Source of the DNA: an uncultured Bacillales bacterium
Lineage (GTDB): Bacteria > Bacillota_I > Bacilli_A > RF39 > UBA660
DNA length: 55,444 bases
Direction: 5' to 3'
NCBI GenBank assembly: GCA_947168625.1
Contig: CAMVMQ010000001.1
Coordinates: forward strand, 1-55,444
Shown here: piece after piece, positions 43,879 to 52,730 of the stretch
Layout: each line of letters begins with the position of its first letter
How positions within the stretch are numbered: position 1 is the first letter of the stretch
The notes under the pieces: model-generated
The model's input: only the letters and a program-made list of their open reading frames with translations
The model's database searches: none
What the model was told of the DNA's origin: nothing
Made by a program: the position numbers and the translations under genes

Positions 43879-44505
43879 ATGGAAAAAAAGATTATTTATT
43901 TACCGATGAATTATACAAAGTATTCTAGATATATGAATGGTGATTATTCACTTAATGATGAGGATTTACCTTATGAATTAAGAAAGTGCAATGAAAATGA
44001 TAATTTTATCAGGAAAAATTTTGATGCTTCAATTTTTAATAGAAAATATGCTGAAGAGAATATGCATTTCTTTAGATATAATCAGCATGCTCAAAGTGCT
44101 TTACCATGTTTAGGTAAATATATTGAGGAATGTCACGTTCCAAGCGAATTAGTTGAGGAGACATTTGGGGCTTTTAGATATAAGGGTATGGAGTATTTTC
44201 CTATTCCAGAATATGTAATTAAAAGAAGAGATTTTTCATGGGAATATATGAAGGGATACGCTGATTTCAATTCAAATAATTGTAGAAATATACTTGGAAC
44301 AGATGTTTATCCTTGCAGAGATGCTAAAGTATATAATTCTTTTGTTAAAGATACATATAAAACATGGAAAAGACTTAACCCAAAAAATAATGATCCATAT
44401 GCTTTTTATCATTGGTTTATTTATTATTTTGAAAAAAGAGGATTAGATGATGCTTTAGCAGGATTTAAAGATTATTCTATTAATACAAAAAAGAGAGTTA
44501 GGTAA
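43879..44505 (+). CDS. Hypothetical protein
   Basis: The ATG at 43879 lies 9 nt after AGGAGGG, inside track ORF 43840-44505. It is rich in aromatic residues and I recognize no family. Confidence 0.45.
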   Translation: MEKKIIYLPMNYTKYSRYMNGDYSLNDEDLPYELRKCNENDNFIRKNFDASIFNRKYAEENMHFFRYNQHAQSALPCLGKYIEECHVPSELVEETFGAFRYKGMEYFPIPEYVIKRRDFSWEYMKGYADFNSNNCRNILGTDVYPCRDAKVYNSFVKDTYKTWKRLNPKNNDPYAFYHWFIYYFEKRGLDDALAGFKDYSINTKKRVR

Positions 44506-44557
44506 CTTTCTTTTTTTTGTCTATCAACAGGATGTGTTGATAGATAGTAATTTAAAC

Positions 44558-44586
44558 TTGACAATAAGTGTATTCTAGGATAAAAT
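44558..44586 (+). promoter_or_regulatory. Probable sigma-A promoter of rny
   Basis: TTGACA at 44558-44563, 17-nt spacer, TAAAAT at 44581-44586. Confidence 0.5.
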
Positions 44587-44662
44587 TAAAATATAGTTTA
44601 AATTAATTAAAAGTTATTTAGTAATTTTTTCTATAAAATTAAATTAGAATGGAGGTGTTCAT

Positions 44663-46216
44663 ATGAACAGTAACGGTTTCTCCATTTTGTTATTTGTTCT
44701 TGGATTGGTTGTTGGTTTTGGAATTGTTTATCTTGCTAAATTTTTAAAGAAGAAAAATAATGAAAAGAAAGTTGATTCAATAATCGATAAAGCTAGGAAA
44801 GATGCTGATAGAATAAAGAGAGATTCTCTTCTTGAAACAAAAGAAGAAATTCATAAATTAAAACTTGATGCTGATAAAGAAATTAAAGAGAAAAAGAATG
44901 AAGTAAAAGAAGCTGAAGAAAGATTGTTACAGAGAGAGAATAATATTGATAGGCGTGATTTAGCTATGCAAAAGAGGGAATCTAGTCTAGAAGATAGGGA
45001 AAATTCTCTTTTGGATAAGCAGAGTAAAATTCAAGAAATTAAAGAAGAAGTGGAAGAAATAAAGAGAAAAGAACTTGAAGAATTAGAAAAGATAAGCAAG
45101 TATAGTAAAGAAGCTGCTAGGGCTGCTGTTATGAAAATGGTTGAAGAAAAGATGTCTAAAGAGATAGCAACCTATATAAGAGAAGCGGAAGCAGAAGCTA
45201 AACTTGAAGTTCAAGAAAAGGCAAAGGAAATGTTAGTTGGTGTAATGCAGAAGTATGCTGCTGATATTACTAGTGAGCAGACAGTGTCAGTTATTACGCT
45301 TCCTAATGATGAGATGAAAGGACGCTTAATTGGTAGAGAGGGTAGAAATATTAGAACGATTGAATCGGTAACTGGGGTTGATTTAATTATTGATGATACT
45401 CCTGAAGCTATCGTTATATCTAGTTTTGATCCTCTTAGAAGAGAGATTGCTAGACTTACTCTTGAGACTTTGATTAAAGATGGAAGAATACATCCTGCGA
45501 GAATTGAAGAATTATATGCTAAGACACTTGCAGATGTTAAAGAGACTATTAAAGAATTTGGTAAAAATGCTTTATATGAATTAGGTTTATCAAAAATGGA
45601 TCCTGAACTTGTAGAAATTGTTGGTAAGCTTCATTTTCGTAGTAGTTATGGGCAAAATGCTCTTGATCATTCGATGGAAGTTGCTAATTTGTCTGGTCTT
45701 TTGGCAGGAGAACTTGGTGAAAATGTTAGTTTAGCTAAAAGAGCGGGATTACTTCATGATATTGGTAAGGCAATTGATTTTGAAATGGAAGGTAGCCATG
45801 TTAAGATAGGTGTTGATTTAGCTAAAAAGTATCATGAGGATTCAGTTGTTATTAATGCCATTGCATCACATCATGGTGATACTGAACCTACTAGCATTAT
45901 TTCATGTATCGTAGCAATAGCGGATACTATTTCAGCTTCTCGCCCTGGTGCTAGAAATGATTCATCTGAGAATTACATTCAAAGACTTCAAGATTTAGAA
46001 GAAATTGGTAATAATATGAATGGTGTAGAGAAAGCGTATGCCGTTCAAGCTGGTCGTGAACTTAGAGTTATGGTTAAACCTGAAGAAGTAGATGATTTAA
46101 CAGCTCATCAGATAGCTAGAGAAATAAAGGAAAAAATTGAGCAAGAACTTAAGTATCCTGGTACAATTAAGGTTACTGTTATAAGAGAGACTAGAGCTCA
46201 AGAAGAGGCTAAATAA
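44663..46216 (+). CDS. rny: Ribonuclease Y
   Basis: N-terminal TM helix, a long Lys/Glu coiled coil, the KH domain ([15 protein letters not shown]) and the HD domain (HSMEVANL...LLHDIGK). Confidence 0.9.
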   Translation: MNSNGFSILLFVLGLVVGFGIVYLAKFLKKKNNEKKVDSIIDKARKDADRIKRDSLLETKEEIHKLKLDADKEIKEKKNEVKEAEERLLQRENNIDRRDLAMQKRESSLEDRENSLLDKQSKIQEIKEEVEEIKRKELEELEKISKYSKEAARAAVMKMVEEKMSKEIATYIREAEAEAKLEVQEKAKEMLVGVMQKYAADITSEQTVSVITLPNDEMKGRLIGREGRNIRTIESVTGVDLIIDDTPEAIVISSFDPLRREIARLTLETLIKDGRIHPARIEELYAKTLADVKETIKEFGKNALYELGLSKMDPELVEIVGKLHFRSSYGQNALDHSMEVANLSGLLAGELGENVSLAKRAGLLHDIGKAIDFEMEGSHVKIGVDLAKKYHEDSVVINAIASHHGDTEPTSIISCIVAIADTISASRPGARNDSSENYIQRLQDLEEIGNNMNGVEKAYAVQAGRELRVMVKPEEVDDLTAHQIAREIKEKIEQELKYPGTIKVTVIRETRAQEEAK

Positions 46217-46230
46217 AAGTCTCTTTTTTC

Positions 46231-46259
46231 TTTACATTTACTTTTAAAAATGGTATACT
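46231..46259 (+). promoter_or_regulatory. Probable sigma-A promoter of the ftsY operon
   Basis: TTTACA at 46231-46236, 17-nt spacer, extended -10 TGgTATACT (TATACT at 46254-46259). Confidence 0.5.
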
Positions 46260-46281
46260 TTAAAAGTAAGGTGTATGATGT

Positions 46282-46605
46282 ATGAATGTGGTATGTAAAA
46301 AAGATAATATCTTTGAATTTAATAGATATGTTGACTTTTCTTGTGGATGTAGTTATGAAATAAATGATGATCAAATATATACTATTAGGACAGTTGATTA
46401 TGATGGTGAAGATATTTTGCAATATTATAGTATTTGCCCTATATGTGGACATATTAATATTATTGATGAGAAGTTTATTTCTAAGAAAGTTATGGATAGT
46501 TCTTTAAAAAAGAGTATTAGTGATCCTGATTTGTATAAAAAGAATAATACTATTTCACATGACATTTATTTAGGAATGTTACGTGTTAGAGTATTAAAAA
46601 GATAA
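46282..46605 (+). CDS. Hypothetical small protein with a possible Cys4 zinc-ribbon
   Basis: AAGGTG RBS. Cys pairs CGC and CPICGH are about 40 aa apart. Confidence 0.4.
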   Translation: MNVVCKKDNIFEFNRYVDFSCGCSYEINDDQIYTIRTVDYDGEDILQYYSICPICGHINIIDEKFISKKVMDSSLKKSISDPDLYKKNNTISHDIYLGMLRVRVLKR

Positions 46606-46626
46606 TTTTTTTGTAGGGAGGTTTAG

Positions 46627-47589
46627 ATGGGATTATTTAATAAAATTAAAGAAGTTTTTAATAAAGATAAGAATGCTAGTAAATATGATGAAGGTTTAAC
46701 CAAGGTAAGAAAAGAGTTTACTACTGAACTTAGTAATTTATCAAAAAAATATAAGAATATAGATGATAATTATTTTGAAGAGTTAGAGGATATTCTTATT
46801 ATGGCTGATATTGGAATTAATACAGTTATGAAGTTTGTTGATAAGTTAAAAAGGCGTGTAAAAGATGAAAAGATCAATGATTGTGATACTTTAAAAGAAA
46901 TTATTGTTGATGAATTCCTTGTTATGTATGTTAGTGGTAATACTTTTAGTAGTAAGATTAATTTTAGTGATGAAGGACCTACTGTTATATTGTTTGTTGG
47001 AGTAAATGGTGTTGGAAAGACTACTAGTATTGGTAAGATTGCTAAGAGACTTAAAGATGATGGTAAAAAGGTTATGATGGTAGCCGCTGATACTTTTAGA
47101 GCGGGTGCTATTGAGCAACTAGAAGAATGGGGGAATAAAGTAGAAGTAGATGTTAGTACTACTAATTCAAAAGATCCTAGTGCAGCGGTATATGATGGAC
47201 TTGATAGAGCTATTAAGGGTGAATATGATGTCGTTCTTGTCGATACAGCTGGCAGACTTCAGAATAAAGTAAATTTAATGAAGGAATTGGAGAAAATTAA
47301 TAATGTTATTAAGAAATTGGTTCCTGGTGGTCCAACGGAGACTCTTTTGGTAATTGATGCTACAACGGGACAAAATGGTATTGCACAGGCTAAGGCTTTT
47401 AGTGAAGTTACGGATATTACTGGTATTATTCTTACGAAGTTAGATGGAACTGCTAAAGGGGGAATTGTTCTTGCTATAAAGGAAGAAACTGGTATTCCAG
47501 TTAAGTTTGTTGGACTTGGTGAAGGCGTAACAGATTTAGAACCGTTTGATATTGAAAAATATATTTATGGAATATTTAAGGATTTATAG
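46627..47589 (+). CDS. ftsY: Signal recognition particle receptor FtsY
   Basis: NG domain with GVNGVGKTTSIGK, DTAGR, TKLDGTAKGG and a short N-terminal region. Confidence 0.9.
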   Translation: MGLFNKIKEVFNKDKNASKYDEGLTKVRKEFTTELSNLSKKYKNIDDNYFEELEDILIMADIGINTVMKFVDKLKRRVKDEKINDCDTLKEIIVDEFLVMYVSGNTFSSKINFSDEGPTVILFVGVNGVGKTTSIGKIAKRLKDDGKKVMMVAADTFRAGAIEQLEEWGNKVEVDVSTTNSKDPSAAVYDGLDRAIKGEYDVVLVDTAGRLQNKVNLMKELEKINNVIKKLVPGGPTETLLVIDATTGQNGIAQAKAFSEVTDITGIILTKLDGTAKGGIVLAIKEETGIPVKFVGLGEGVTDLEPFDIEKYIYGIFKDL

Positions 47590-47604
47590 AAAGGAAGATT
47601 ATAA

Positions 47605-47913
47605 ATGGATAAAAAGGGTAATAAAAAGAAAAAAGAGGTTAAATACAAGGAATTTGATACGAAAAAATTTAAGAAGGGAGAATTTATTACTTCTCTAATA
47701 ATAGGAATTATTTTTTTAATACTTATAGGTTTTTCAGTTACTGATAGAGTATTTGTACCAGTTACTTTGGTTACTTTAGCACTATTGCTATTTAGTATTT
47801 GTTACTACTATATAGATGACGAGAATAATAAGATACTGGTATATATATTATTTAGTATGGGAGTTCTTATTATAGTAGCGGAAGTAGTATATACTTTAGT
47901 GAATATTTTATAA
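47605..47913 (+). CDS. Hypothetical small membrane protein (three hydrophobic helices)
   Basis: AAAGGAAG RBS. It sits between ftsY and ylxM. Confidence 0.4.
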   Translation: MDKKGNKKKKEVKYKEFDTKKFKKGEFITSLIIGIIFLILIGFSVTDRVFVPVTLVTLALLLFSICYYYIDDENNKILVYILFSMGVLIIVAEVVYTLVNIL

Positions 47914-48203
47914 TGGAAGAAAGAGATTATTTGGTTATTCTCTATGATTTTTATGGAGAACTTTTAAGTGATAAGCAAAAAGAGTATTTTGAGGATTATT
48001 ATTTTAATAATTTGTCATTAGGAGAGATAAGTGAAAACACTTCTTTGAGTAGAAATGCTATTCATAAGACAATTAAAGCTTCTTGTGATAAATTATATTT
48101 CTATGAAGAAAAATTGGGCTTATTTAAAAAAAGAGAGGAATTATATAGTATTTTAGATGAGCTGAATAATGATATTAGAGATAGAATTAAAGAGATATAT
48201 TAG
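47913..48203 (+). CDS. ylxM: YlxM / UPF0122 putative DNA-binding protein
   Basis: LYDFYGELLSDKQKEYFEDYYFNNLSLGEISENTSLSRNAIHKTIK parallels B. subtilis YlxM ([46 protein letters not shown]). Confidence 0.75.
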   Translation: MEERDYLVILYDFYGELLSDKQKEYFEDYYFNNLSLGEISENTSLSRNAIHKTIKASCDKLYFYEEKLGLFKKREELYSILDELNNDIRDRIKEIY

Positions 48204-48212
48204 GGTGATAAT

Positions 48213-48362
48213 ATGGCTGATGATAAAAAGAATAAGAAATATGTAATGTTTTATAATTATAAGAAAAGAACCGCTGGTGGTATTTTTGATGCTATTTTAT
48301 TTGGGGCAATTATAATTATAATTGCTACATTTGTTTTTCTTTATTTGACTGGAGGTAGATAA
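48213..48362 (+). CDS. Candidate 49-aa single-TM sORF (not in the ORF track)
   Basis: [49 protein letters not shown]. The stop lies 2 nt before the ATG of the AAA+ gene, and the GGAGG RBS for that gene is inside this sORF. Confidence 0.35.
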   Translation: MADDKKNKKYVMFYNYKKRTAGGIFDAILFGAIIIIIATFVFLYLTGGR

Positions 48363-48364
48363 AT

Positions 48365-49258
48365 ATGGATTCTATATTAGAAAAATATGCTGATAATCTA
48401 ACAGATGTGAAGTATATTACTAATCCTGCTATTGCAAGAGATGATGAAATTAAGAAACTTATTTTAGTATTGCTTACTCCAGAAAAAAGTGCTGTTTTAG
48501 TAGGTAAACCTGGTATTGGTAAAACTGCTATTGTTGAAGGGCTTGCATATCGAATACAAAACGGGGATGTTCCTGATGCTTTAATTGGATATACAATTTA
48601 TAGAATTAATGCTACGGCTTTACTTAATGTTAATGGTGAAGAAAATAGAGTACTTAAGTTAGTTGAAGAACTTAAAAAGAGAGAGAAAGTTATCTTATTC
48701 ATTGATGAAATACATACTTTAATTGGTAGTGATGTGTATGGGGCATTGGACTTGGCTAATATGTTTAAAGAAGGATTAAGTAGAGGTAGCATTAAGATGA
48801 TTGGTGCTACTACTACTTATGAGTATGAGAGATATATTATGAGAGATAAGGCTTTCTTAAGAAGATTTGAGAAAGTAGATGTATCAGAGCCTACAGAGGA
48901 GATGACAGTAGAAATTCTTCTTAAGACTTTGCCAAAGTTAGAAAAACAAACGGGGGTAGTTCTTCCGTATACAGATTTTATTAATGAAAAGATTATGAAA
49001 TTTATAGTTAATATGACTACTGAATTTAAGAGAGTATATGAGATATCTTCGAGATACCCAGATATTGCATTAGTAATACTTAGACAATGTTTTTCTAATG
49101 CTATTTATGAAAATAGAAAAACGATTAATTTAAAAAATATATATGATGCTATCAGAACTACTAAAGCTGTATATCCTGATGTTATTGCTAAAGAATTAGT
49201 TAGTTTTAGGGAAATATTTAAAGATGAATTAAGAATTGAGGGAAGTATTCTTGATTAA
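48365..49258 (+). CDS. Stand-alone AAA+ ATPase corresponding to a single ClpA/B/C D1 module
   Basis: [11 protein letters not shown]..., Walker [25 protein letters not shown], Walker [26 protein letters not shown] and [16 protein letters not shown]. It has no N-domain, M-domain or D2. Confidence 0.7.
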   Translation: MDSILEKYADNLTDVKYITNPAIARDDEIKKLILVLLTPEKSAVLVGKPGIGKTAIVEGLAYRIQNGDVPDALIGYTIYRINATALLNVNGEENRVLKLVEELKKREKVILFIDEIHTLIGSDVYGALDLANMFKEGLSRGSIKMIGATTTYEYERYIMRDKAFLRRFEKVDVSEPTEEMTVEILLKTLPKLEKQTGVVLPYTDFINEKIMKFIVNMTTEFKRVYEISSRYPDIALVILRQCFSNAIYENRKTINLKNIYDAIRTTKAVYPDVIAKELVSFREIFKDELRIEGSILD

Positions 49259-49314
49259 ATGTATTCTTTTTGGATAGTGCTTTTTATACTAATTATGGTA
49301 AATAGCATACAAGA

Positions 49315-49343
49315 AATAATACTTTATAGTATTATTTTTTTTT
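49315..49343 (+). terminator. Rho-independent terminator after the AAA+ gene
   Basis: AATAATACT / AGTATTATT 9-bp hairpin followed by T9. The stem is AT-only. Confidence 0.5.
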
Positions 49344-49349
49344 CTGATA

Positions 49350-49358
49350 TGGTATAAT
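49350..49358 (+). promoter_or_regulatory. Extended -10 promoter element TGgTATAAT upstream of the kinase-like gene and alaS
   Basis: TG at 49350-49351 and TATAAT at 49353-49358. There is no clear -35. Confidence 0.45.
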
Positions 49359-49387
49359 TAAAGAGATATATGAAAGGAAGATTTAGA

Positions 49388-49948
49388 ATGGAAGTTAAAT
49401 ATAGGAATCCTAAGATTTATTTATTATGTGGTAAGGCTAGAAATGGTAAGGATACTGCTGGTGAATTTTTGAAGAAATTTTATGAACAAGATGGAAAGAA
49501 GGTTATTTTTTCTAGGGCAGGTAAATATATTAAGTTTTATGCTAGTGAGATGACTGGATGGGATGGTAGTGAAGAAACTAAACCTAGAGAATTACTTCAA
49601 GAATTAGGAACTGATGTTATTAGGGAAAAACTTAATAAGAGTGAAATGTTTATACAAAGACAACTTGATGATATAGAAATATATTCTTATTTTTATGATG
49701 CTATTATTGTTCCTGATATTAGACTTCCTAGAGAAGTTGATAGTGTTAGAGAAAAGTTTGATAATGTTGTAGTTATTAGGATTAATAGAATTAATTTTGA
49801 GAGTGAGTTATCTTCTATGCAACAGAAGCATAAGACGGAGACTGCTATGGATAGTTATAGTGATTATGATTATGTTGTTACTAATGATACTTTGGATAAA
49901 TATGAAAATGATATATATGATATATATAAGAAGGAGGAGCGTTTATGA
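49388..49948 (+). CDS. P-loop kinase-like protein (deoxynucleoside-monophosphate-kinase-like)
   Basis: The ATG at 49388 follows GAAAGGAAG. P-loop LLCGKARNGKDT. Its size and the ...VPDIRLPRE... pattern resemble phage-type dNMP kinases. This is a weak, memory-based call. Confidence 0.35.
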   Translation: MEVKYRNPKIYLLCGKARNGKDTAGEFLKKFYEQDGKKVIFSRAGKYIKFYASEMTGWDGSEETKPRELLQELGTDVIREKLNKSEMFIQRQLDDIEIYSYFYDAIIVPDIRLPREVDSVREKFDNVVVIRINRINFESELSSMQQKHKTETAMDSYSDYDYVVTNDTLDKYENDIYDIYKKEERL

Positions 49949-52635
49949 AAAAACTTTCTGGTAAAGAAATTATTGATGTATATTTGAATTTTTTTGGTGA
50001 GAGGGGTCATACAATATTAGAGTCTGCTAGTTTGATACCTGTTGATGATCCTAGTATTTTATGGATTAATGCTGGTGTTACTCCTTTAAAGAAGTATTTT
50101 GATGGAACGGTTGTTCCTAGAAATAGAAGACTTACTAGTGTTCAAAAGTGTATTAGAACTGGTGATATTGAATCTGTTGGTAAGACTGCAAGACATCATA
50201 CTTTCTTTCAGATGTTAGGTAATTTTAGTATTGGAGATTATTTTAGAAATGAAGCTCTTACTTGGGCTTATGAACTTCTTACTAGTCCTAAATATTTCGA
50301 TATGGATAAAAATAAACTATATGTAACTGTGTATACAGAAGATAATGATACTTATAATTTGTGGATTAAACTTGGTATTGATCCTAGTCACATTATTAAA
50401 TTGGATAGCAATTTTTGGGAGATTGGAACTGGACCATCAGGACCTGATACGGAAATTTTTTATGATAGAGGAGAGAAGTATGATAAGGAAGGTCTTGGTG
50501 TTAGACTTTTACAAGAAGAAATTGATAATGACCGTTATATAGAAATATGGAATAACGTTCTTAGTATGTTTAATGCTACTGAAGGTCTTACTAGGGATAA
50601 ATATCCTGAATTACCTAGTAAGAACATTGATACTGGTATGGGTGTTGAGAGAATGGCATGTATTATGCAAAATGTTGAAACTAATTATGAAACTGATTTG
50701 TTTATGCCAATAATAAATGCTATCGAAGGTATTAGTGGTACTACTTATGAAGGACAGATGGAATTTAAGGTAATAGCAGATCATATTAGGACTTTGGTAT
50801 TTGCCCTATCTGATGGAGCTAATTTTGAGAATGTTGGTAGAGGTTATGTTTTAAGAAGACTCTTAAGAAGAGCATCTAGAATGGGAAAGAAGTTAAATAT
50901 TAATAGGGATTTTTTAAAGGAATTAGTACCAGTAGTAGTAGATAATTATAAAGATATATATCCTTATTTAGTTGGTAATGAAAAAAGAGTTCAGTCTTTA
51001 ATTAATGAAGAAGAAGTTTTATTTCAAAAGACACTTATGGCAGGTGAAAAAAAACTCGAAGAATTATTTGCGGGTACTGATAAGATAATTAGTGGTAAGG
51101 ATGCTTTTAAATTATATGATACATATGGTTATCCTATTGAACTTACCGAAGAGGCTGCTTTGGAAAGAGGATTTAGTGTTGATAAAGATGGTTTTAAGTC
51201 TTATATGAATGCTCAAAAAGAGCTTGCTAGAAGTAGTCGTAAGGAAGATAATAGTATGAATCTTCAAAATGATTTACTAATTAATTATCGTAAAGAAAGT
51301 ACTTTTGTTGGCTATGAAAAGCTTGGATTGGAAACAGAGATATTAGATATTATGAAAGATGATTCTTTTGTGGATAGTTCTAGTGAAGATTGTTTTATCT
51401 TCTTGAAAGAATGTCCATTCTATGCTGAAAGTGGTGGACAAGTATCTGATTCTGGTTACTTAAAAAATGATAACTGTAAATTAGAGGTATTGGATGTTAT
51501 TAAAGCACCAAATGGGCAGCATATGCTTAATGTTAAAGTACTTGATGGCACTATTAATAAGGGAGATAAAATTCTTACTCATGTATCTGGTGATAAGAGA
51601 GAAGCAATAATGAAGAATCACTCTTCAGTACATTTACTTCAGAGGTCATTGCAAGAGTTACTTGGTAGTAGTGTTCATCAAGCAGGTTCTATGGTTAATG
51701 AAAATGAACTTAGATTTGATTTTAATTATCATGGTAGATTATCGGATGAATTAATTTGCAAAGTTGAAGAACTTGTTAATGATAGAATTAAAGCAGGATA
51801 TGAGACGAAGATTGAATATATGTCATTAGATGAAGCAAAAAAGAAAGGTGCTATGGCACTATTCTCTGATAAGTATGGTAGTATTGTTAGGGTAGTTACA
51901 ATGGGTGATTCAATAGAATTGTGTGCAGGTACGCACGTTAATAATACTAAAGATATAAATAGATTTGCTATTGCTAGTATTGAAAACAAGGGAGCTGATA
52001 CTTTTAGAGTTAGTGCTTCTAGTGATAAAGGAATAGTTCCTTTACTTGAAACTGAAATATCTAAATATAATCGAATGATGCTTAAACTATTAGATAAAGC
52101 TAAGAAAATTATCAGCGAAGCTAAAAAGTTAGATATTGATATTGATTTTAACTTTAATATTGATAATAATACTCCTTATAGTTATAAAGATGTTGTTATT
52201 AGTAAGAATGAACTTGATAGTTTAAGCGATAATGTTAAAAAATTAGAAAAAGAGTTTAAAGAAAAGAAGAGTGCTAAGGCTATAAGTGATTTATCTAGTT
52301 TTATGAAGATAATGGAAAATATAAATGGAATTAATAGTATTATTAGTATTACTAATGGTTATGATATTAATACTTTAAGACAAATTATATCACATTTATG
52401 TAATCAGATAGATAATAGTTTAGTATTACTTGCTAACATTAATGAGGATAAAACTGTTAATTTTATTGCTAAGAGTACAAGTGATAAAGTTGATTGCGGT
52501 GTATTTATTAAGAAACTAGCTAGTGCTTCAAATGGTAATGGTGGTGGCTCTAAAGTGTTTGGACAAGGTGGAGGAACTGATAGTTCTCTTATTAGTAAGA
52601 CGCTTAAGGAGATTAAAGAAGAATTAAAAAAGTAA
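49945..52635 (+). CDS. alaS: Alanyl-tRNA synthetase
   Basis: FFGERGHT, QKCIRTGDIE, HHTFFQMLGNFSIGDYF, the editing-domain HSSVHLL and CAGTHV, and a C-terminal DHHA1-like GGG motif. ATGA overlap with the upstream gene. Confidence 0.95.
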   Translation: MKKLSGKEIIDVYLNFFGERGHTILESASLIPVDDPSILWINAGVTPLKKYFDGTVVPRNRRLTSVQKCIRTGDIESVGKTARHHTFFQMLGNFSIGDYFRNEALTWAYELLTSPKYFDMDKNKLYVTVYTEDNDTYNLWIKLGIDPSHIIKLDSNFWEIGTGPSGPDTEIFYDRGEKYDKEGLGVRLLQEEIDNDRYIEIWNNVLSMFNATEGLTRDKYPELPSKNIDTGMGVERMACIMQNVETNYETDLFMPIINAIEGISGTTYEGQMEFKVIADHIRTLVFALSDGANFENVGRGYVLRRLLRRASRMGKKLNINRDFLKELVPVVVDNYKDIYPYLVGNEKRVQSLINEEEVLFQKTLMAGEKKLEELFAGTDKIISGKDAFKLYDTYGYPIELTEEAALERGFSVDKDGFKSYMNAQKELARSSRKEDNSMNLQNDLLINYRKESTFVGYEKLGLETEILDIMKDDSFVDSSSEDCFIFLKECPFYAESGGQVSDSGYLKNDNCKLEVLDVIKAPNGQHMLNVKVLDGTINKGDKILTHVSGDKREAIMKNHSSVHLLQRSLQELLGSSVHQAGSMVNENELRFDFNYHGRLSDELICKVEELVNDRIKAGYETKIEYMSLDEAKKKGAMALFSDKYGSIVRVVTMGDSIELCAGTHVNNTKDINRFAIASIENKGADTFRVSASSDKGIVPLLETEISKYNRMMLKLLDKAKKIISEAKKLDIDIDFNFNIDNNTPYSYKDVVISKNELDSLSDNVKKLEKEFKEKKSAKAISDLSSFMKIMENINGINSIISITNGYDINTLRQIISHLCNQIDNSLVLLANINEDKTVNFIAKSTSDKVDCGVFIKKLASASNGNGGGSKVFGQGGGTDSSLISKTLKEIKEELKK

Positions 52636-52654
52636 TTATTTGTTAACAGTTAAG

Positions 52655-52686
52655 AAGATAATATGTCAATTATTATCTTTTTTTTA
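52655..52686 (+). terminator. Rho-independent terminator after alaS
   Basis: AAGATAATA / TATTATCTT hairpin followed by T8. Confidence 0.6.
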
Positions 52687-52730
52687 TTATTATTTAATAT
52701 TATATTATATAATAGATATAGAGGTGTATT

